39,981 bases of DNA from Armatimonadota bacterium (lineage in GTDB: Bacteria > Armatimonadota > Armatimonadia > Armatimonadales > Armatimonadaceae): assembly GCA_014380985.1 (NCBI GenBank), contig JACMIU010000073.1:1-39981 (forward strand), in the 5' to 3' direction. Position numbers and translations under genes: made by a program. The notes beneath the pieces were generated by a model. It was not told where the DNA came from and did no database searches. It saw only the letters and a list, made by a program, of their open reading frames with translations. Shown piece by piece: positions 35,757-39,981 of the stretch. The stretch's first letter is position 1. Every line of letters begins with the position of its first letter.

Positions 35757-36548
35757 ATGGCGAAAGGCAACCTGATCGTCCACGGTGGCGGCACGACCGG
35801 CAAAGATGCAACCGGCGCATTCCTAAAATGTGTCGGTTCGATGTCCGCGCCTATTGTAGTGCTGGGGCAGGTGTCGGAAGACCCGGTAGCGAAAGGCAAA
35901 TCTTCCGGTGATTGGCTCCGCGAGAACGGCGCGACCAATGTTTACGCCGCACAAATTACCGAACGCGACGCCACGACCCTACCCGAACTGTGCGCGAAAC
36001 TCGAAACGGCGCGGGGCTACTGGATACCGGGCGGCGACCAGAACCGCTTCATGCGCCTGTTCAAAGATACCCCCGTGCCGAAGTTGCTTCGCGCCATTAT
36101 CGAGCGCGGCGGGGCAGGCGGCGGTTCGTCGGCGGGCGCGTCCCTGTGCGGCGAGATCATGCCCACCGGCTACAGCGGACTGCGTCCGACCGAGGACGAA
36201 GACCGCGCCAACCTCAAAAAAAACACCGTGGGAACCGCGCCGGGCTTGAATGTTTTGCCCGGCTTCCTCGTGGACACGCACTTCCTACGCCGCGAACGCA
36301 CCCAGCGCAGTTTGGACATGGTGCTGACGCATCCGCGCTTCGCCGCCCTCGGCGTCGAGCAGGACGGTTGGCTTCACGCCGATTTAGCGAAGGGGACGCT
36401 CACCGTCGGCGCGGGGCAGGTAGTGACGATTCGCGCCGCCGCGCCCGTGCGTACCGGCGCGGATACTATTCTCGGTTGCCAAGATGTGCGGATGCGCGTA
36501 TTGCTTCCCAGCGACACCGTGCGACTGTTCGATATACTCAAACCATGA
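35757..36548 (+). CDS. Peptidase S51 family, cyanophycinase-like (no signal peptide)
   Basis: 263 aa. Motifs: YWIPGGDQNRFM, the nucleophile context GGGSSAGASLCG, and LVDTHFLRRERTQRSLDMV, which matches the cyanophycinase-type DxHF..R.R..R pattern. Confidence 0.8.
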   Translation: MAKGNLIVHGGGTTGKDATGAFLKCVGSMSAPIVVLGQVSEDPVAKGKSSGDWLRENGATNVYAAQITERDATTLPELCAKLETARGYWIPGGDQNRFMRLFKDTPVPKLLRAIIERGGAGGGSSAGASLCGEIMPTGYSGLRPTEDEDRANLKKNTVGTAPGLNVLPGFLVDTHFLRRERTQRSLDMVLTHPRFAALGVEQDGWLHADLAKGTLTVGAGQVVTIRAAAPVRTGADTILGCQDVRMRVLLPSDTVRLFDILKP

Positions 36549-37462
36549 CACGTCGCCACCTACTCACCGCGTTCGCCGGAACTCTTGCCCTACCCTCTCT
36601 CACCTATGCCGAAGATTTGCCCGACGCCGCGCCGCCGTCGTTCCCGCTCGGAAAGGGCGGATTCGCTTACACCGAGCCGCCGGGTTCGCCGTATGCCGGG
36701 GTGCGAATCGCCGTGCATACGTACTGCCCGCTGAACATTGACCCACGCCTGACGGATCGCGTGTTGTTCGTGATGCACGGAACCCTGCGAAACGGCGGAA
36801 CCTACCGCGATCAATGGATGAACCTTGCGGAGAAATACGGCGCACTGATTCTCGTGCCGGAGTTCACCCGCGAGCATTTCGCGGGCGGAATGTACAACCG
36901 GGGCAATGTGCGCGGGCAGGACGACAAAACGCCGGTTCCGTCGCAAGCGTGGACATTCCCCGTTATCGAACGCCTTTTCGCGTACTACAAAACCATTGCC
37001 CGCAACCCGGTGCGCGGTTACTACATCTACGGTCATTCGGCGGGCGGGCAGTTCGTGCATCGGTTAATCGAGTTTTTGCCCACGGCACGGATTATCCGCG
37101 CCGTCGCCGCGAACGCCGGGTACTACACCCTCCCTGATAAAACCGCCGACCCGTACCCGTTTAGCCGCACGGGAACGCCCGACGAGTCGGAGGCGGCGCG
37201 GCGGGCGATTTTCGCGCAACCGCTGACGATTCTGTTAGGCGAGGCGGACACCGACCCTGATGACCCCGATTTGTACCGGAGCGCGGAAGCCGACAAGCAG
37301 GGCATCACGCGCTTCGAGCGCGGCAAGTATTTCTACGAAACCGCGAGGCGCGTCACGGTGCGCGATCAGCTGTTTTTGAACTGGAAACTGGTCACGGTTC
37401 CCGGCGTCGGACACAGCAACGAGAAAATGGCTCCGGCGGCGGCGCGGGTTTTGTTTGAATAA
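36545..37462 (+). CDS. Tat-exported alpha/beta-hydrolase (esterase/depolymerase-like)
   Basis: The start at 36545 forms an ATGA overlap with the upstream stop. Twin-arginine signal MTRRHLLTAFAGTLALPSLTYA. Nucleophile elbow YIYGHSAGGQ. It is the C-terminal part of the spurious 516-aa track ORF. Confidence 0.8.
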   Translation: MTRRHLLTAFAGTLALPSLTYAEDLPDAAPPSFPLGKGGFAYTEPPGSPYAGVRIAVHTYCPLNIDPRLTDRVLFVMHGTLRNGGTYRDQWMNLAEKYGALILVPEFTREHFAGGMYNRGNVRGQDDKTPVPSQAWTFPVIERLFAYYKTIARNPVRGYYIYGHSAGGQFVHRLIEFLPTARIIRAVAANAGYYTLPDKTADPYPFSRTGTPDESEAARRAIFAQPLTILLGEADTDPDDPDLYRSAEADKQGITRFERGKYFYETARRVTVRDQLFLNWKLVTVPGVGHSNEKMAPAAARVLFE

Positions 37463-37496
37463 AGTCCCCCGCGGGGACTGAAAGACAACGAGAAAA

Positions 37497-38315
37497 ATGT
37501 ACCGATTACTCATGTGTGCGCCCACCTATTTCGGCGTCGAATATGTTATCAACCCGTGGATGGAAGGCAAACTCGGCGGCGTTTCCACCGGCACGGCAGG
37601 GGCGCAGTGGCACGATTTACACGCGCTACTGACCGAAACACTCGGCGCGACCGTGACACAGGTTCCGCCGCAACCCGGTTTGCCCGACATCGTTTTCACC
37701 GCGAATGCCGCTTCCGTTTGGGGCGGCAAGGCGGTTCCGGCGCGGTTTAAGCACCCGGAGCGGCAGGGCGAGGAACCGTTTTACCGTGCCGCTTTAGAGA
37801 ACGCCGGGTACGAAATCCATGATTTGCCGGAGGGTATCGCGTTCGAGGGCGCGGGCGACGCGCTTTTTTGGGAAGGCGACACCGAAGCCCCGCTGCTGTT
37901 CGCCGCGCATGGCTGGCGCACCGACGACGCCGCGCACGGATTTTTGTCCACGACGTTCGGCGTCGAAGTCGTGTCTCTCGCACTGACCGATCCTCGTTTC
38001 TACCATCTGGACACGTGCTTTTGCCCGCTTCCCGGCGGCTTCCTGCTCTGGTATCCGCCCGCGTTCGATGCGGCAAGTCAAGAAATTATCGCGGCACGGG
38101 TTCCGTCGGCGAAACGCCTTGCCGTCTCGGACACCGACGCGGCAACGTTCGCTTGTAATGCAGTCGGCGTTGGCAATCATGTGGTGATGAACGCGGCGAC
38201 GAACGCCCTGCGCGAATCGCTGGCGTCGTGGGGATTCTCCGCGCACGCTACGCCGCTGGACGAGTTTATGAAAGCGGGCGGCTCGGCGAAATGCCTGACG
38301 CTACGATTGCTCTAA
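37497..38315 (+). CDS. Guanidino-group-modifying enzyme superfamily protein (amidinotransferase / arginine deiminase / dihydrolase / DDAH-like)
   Basis: 272 aa. The N-terminus MYRLLMCAPTYFGVEYVINPWM, FYHLDTCFCPLP and the C-terminal catalytic-Cys context GGSAKCLTLRL are typical of this fold. The exact reaction cannot be assigned from sequence alone. Confidence 0.75.
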   Translation: MYRLLMCAPTYFGVEYVINPWMEGKLGGVSTGTAGAQWHDLHALLTETLGATVTQVPPQPGLPDIVFTANAASVWGGKAVPARFKHPERQGEEPFYRAALENAGYEIHDLPEGIAFEGAGDALFWEGDTEAPLLFAAHGWRTDDAAHGFLSTTFGVEVVSLALTDPRFYHLDTCFCPLPGGFLLWYPPAFDAASQEIIAARVPSAKRLAVSDTDAATFACNAVGVGNHVVMNAATNALRESLASWGFSAHATPLDEFMKAGGSAKCLTLRLL

Positions 38316-38327
38316 AACGTAAAAAAC

Positions 38328-39011
38328 ATGATACTACCGGACACCGACCAACTTGCCAGCGCGACCATCGGAGCGCGGATACAACGGCTTCGCCTCAAGC
38401 AAAGTCTGTCGGTGCGCGACCTTGCCGACAAAGCGGGCGTGGATAAAAATACCGTGCTTCGCGTCGAAAAAGGCTTGAGCGTGTCGGGGCGCACTTTGGA
38501 GCGTGTCTGCGGCGCACTCGGCGTGTACGTTTCGCGTCTGCTTCTGCCCGAACCCGGCGAAGAGGAAACCGTGGTCATTCACCGCCGCGCCAAAGAAACA
38601 TGGTGGCCCTATCCCGGCATGGGCGACCCGTTTCCCGATGAGATGGGGGGCGAAGCGGGCGGCGTACCGGTTCCCAAATCCACCGATGCGACGCCTCGCG
38701 GCGAAGTCGCGTCATTAGAAGCACGGCTTCCCCGTGGCAAAATGCGCTCGTCGCTCCTGCGGCTTTGGGAGGAAACCACACCGAACGCGCACCCCGGCGA
38801 GGAGTTTGTTTTCTGCGTTTCCGGCGCGGCGATTCTTCGTATCGCCGGGCAGGAGTATCCACTCGGCGAGGGCGATGCGGCGAACTTTTACTGCGCCGAA
38901 CCGCACACCTATGCGCCCGCTTCCGACTCTTCCCCCGCCGATTCGGGCGAAAACTCGTTTTCGACTTTGCCCGTGCTACTACTCACTGTTTGGCACGATT
39001 CGCAGGAGTAG
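38328..39011 (+). CDS. XRE-family HTH transcriptional regulator with a C-terminal cupin domain
   Basis: HTH IGARIQRLRLKQSLSVRDLADKAGVDKNTVLRVEKG. Cupin NAHPGEEFVFCVSGAAILRIAGQEYPLGEGDAANF. It starts 12 nt after the upstream stop. Confidence 0.85.
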   Translation: MILPDTDQLASATIGARIQRLRLKQSLSVRDLADKAGVDKNTVLRVEKGLSVSGRTLERVCGALGVYVSRLLLPEPGEEETVVIHRRAKETWWPYPGMGDPFPDEMGGEAGGVPVPKSTDATPRGEVASLEARLPRGKMRSSLLRLWEETTPNAHPGEEFVFCVSGAAILRIAGQEYPLGEGDAANFYCAEPHTYAPASDSSPADSGENSFSTLPVLLLTVWHDSQE

Positions 39012-39092
39012 CGGCAGGTCGGTGGCTTGAATACAGCCCGCGAAAAAGCCCACCGCGCCCGCAGTGCAGCCACCGCAGGTTGTTTGTCACAA

Positions 39093-39122
39093 CTTGCATA
39101 AATACCGATGTTTCGACTATAA
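39093..39122 (+). promoter_or_regulatory. Sigma70-like promoter (TTGCAT-18 nt-TATAAT)
   Basis: ttgcat at 39093-39098, an 18-nt spacer, and tataat at 39117-39122. It lies about 60 nt upstream of ATG 39182. Confidence 0.45.
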
Positions 39123-39181
39123 TACTGATGTGGCAGTCGTGCCGCAAATGTCCCACTCTGGTCGCAAGGAGAACCGTTCCC

Positions 39182-39910
39182 ATGCCGCAACTTGCCTGTC
39201 TTTTAGCCCGCGCCGCCCATCGTTTTGCCGCGCACGTCGTCTGCGCCGCGTTTTCCTTATTTCTTGTTGCGCTTCCCGCTTCCGCAAGCGTGACGCTCAC
39301 CTTTGACACGATTACCGGCATGAGCAACGCGCCCACGGCAACCGTTCCCGTCGAATCCCGTCTTTCCAATCAGTTCGCCACATCCGGCGTTGTATTTCGC
39401 AGTGGCTCCGGGGCGACGTATGTAGCCGTAGTTGATCTCAGCGGCACCGGCACGACCAGTTTGCCCAACGGTATTGGGGGCGCAACGCTTGCTGATACGC
39501 TCACTTACACTGGGTCGCCGCTGATTATCGCTAACTTCGTTGACCCTGCGAACGCCGTGACGCCGTTTGTGACCGACTTCGTTTCCGTACGTGCCGACAC
39601 GATTCCGTCGGGCGGAACCATCGGACTACAAGCGTTTGATGTTTTTGGTGCGTTGATCGGTTCGGTCAGCGAAACGGACACGGGCGGCAACACGCTCATT
39701 ATCAATACACCCGGAATCAACCGCGTCGAGATACTCGGTAGCACCAATGCCGACGTTGCCTACGACGATTTCACGTTCAACGACGTTACCCCGCTCGTCG
39801 CTGTCGTACCGGAAGCGGGGACGTTCGCGCTTCTCGGTTTCGCGCTTGTACCGGTCGGAGTCGGGTTGGTGCGTTCCCCACACTGGGGCGGTGCGCCGGA
39901 AGTAGAGTAG
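39182..39910 (+). CDS. Secreted protein with a degenerate PEP-CTERM-like C-terminus (PEA variant)
   Basis: Start at ATG 39182, with AAGGAGA upstream. Signal peptide ...AAFSLFLVALPASA. The C-terminus VVPEAGTFALLGFALVPVGVGLVR is followed by 11 extra residues. The track ORF's long N-terminal extension (from 38765) overlaps the regulator gene and is Arg-rich junk. Confidence 0.7.
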   Translation: MPQLACLLARAAHRFAAHVVCAAFSLFLVALPASASVTLTFDTITGMSNAPTATVPVESRLSNQFATSGVVFRSGSGATYVAVVDLSGTGTTSLPNGIGGATLADTLTYTGSPLIIANFVDPANAVTPFVTDFVSVRADTIPSGGTIGLQAFDVFGALIGSVSETDTGGNTLIINTPGINRVEILGSTNADVAYDDFTFNDVTPLVAVVPEAGTFALLGFALVPVGVGLVRSPHWGGAPEVE

Positions 39911-39981
39911 CGTGGAACCGGCGAAATGAGTGGGTATGCCGGGGGGCGGGTAACAGCGGGGAGCGAATTAACGGGGCCGCA

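Noticed and set aside
35912-37462. 516-aa ORF, the longest plus-strand ORF in the right-hand region
   Set aside because: Its first about 210 aa are an Arg/Pro-rich out-of-frame read-through of the S51 peptidase gene (RRGRRRFVGGRVPVRRDH...). Only the part from ATG 36545 (a Tat signal, then an alpha/beta-hydrolase) looks like a real protein.
1-39981. CRISPR arrays, IS elements, integrases, prophage or toxin-antitoxin modules
   Set aside because: No periodic direct repeats, terminal inverted repeats, or transposase, integrase or phage-like ORFs appear in any frame. The XRE-family gene carries a cupin domain and sits at an operon end rather than pairing with a small toxin.

Overview
GC-rich bacterial chromosomal window with dense, often 4-nt-overlapping genes. 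I found no rRNA, tRNA, CRISPR array, transposase or integrase. All family calls come from motifs read by eye, not from searches. The core (about 11.4-31.5 kb) is a Wzx/Wzy-type exopolysaccharide locus built as two convergent operons. It combines a priming phosphoglycosyl transferase, five glycosyltransferases, an acetyltransferase, a flippase, a Wzy/O-antigen-ligase-like polymerase, a split PCP/kinase-like ATPase and an OPX exporter with a PEP-CTERM substrate, exosortase and EpsI module. A large secreted PA14 plus FN3 protein with an unassigned C-terminal domain sits in the same locus. A NarL-type two-component pair lies divergently upstream. The left end carries a second, fused Wzc-type kinase and a truncated OPX gene. 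It is followed by a LolA-like/thioredoxin fusion, murA, an HTH-less WYL-like protein translationally coupled to an orphan DUF58 gene, and a 687-bp ORF-free spacer. The right end carries KTSC, zinc-ribbon and J-like/TPR genes. It also holds a tight six-gene operon: pilin-like protein, lipoprotein, S51 cyanophycinase-like peptidase, Tat alpha/beta-hydrolase, guanidino-modifying enzyme and XRE-cupin regulator. I consider that operon the best candidate for an undescribed system. A second, degenerate PEP-CTERM protein closes the window. The pilin-like gene type suggests a Planctomycetota/Verrucomicrobiota/Armatimonadota-like host, but taxonomy cannot be established here.
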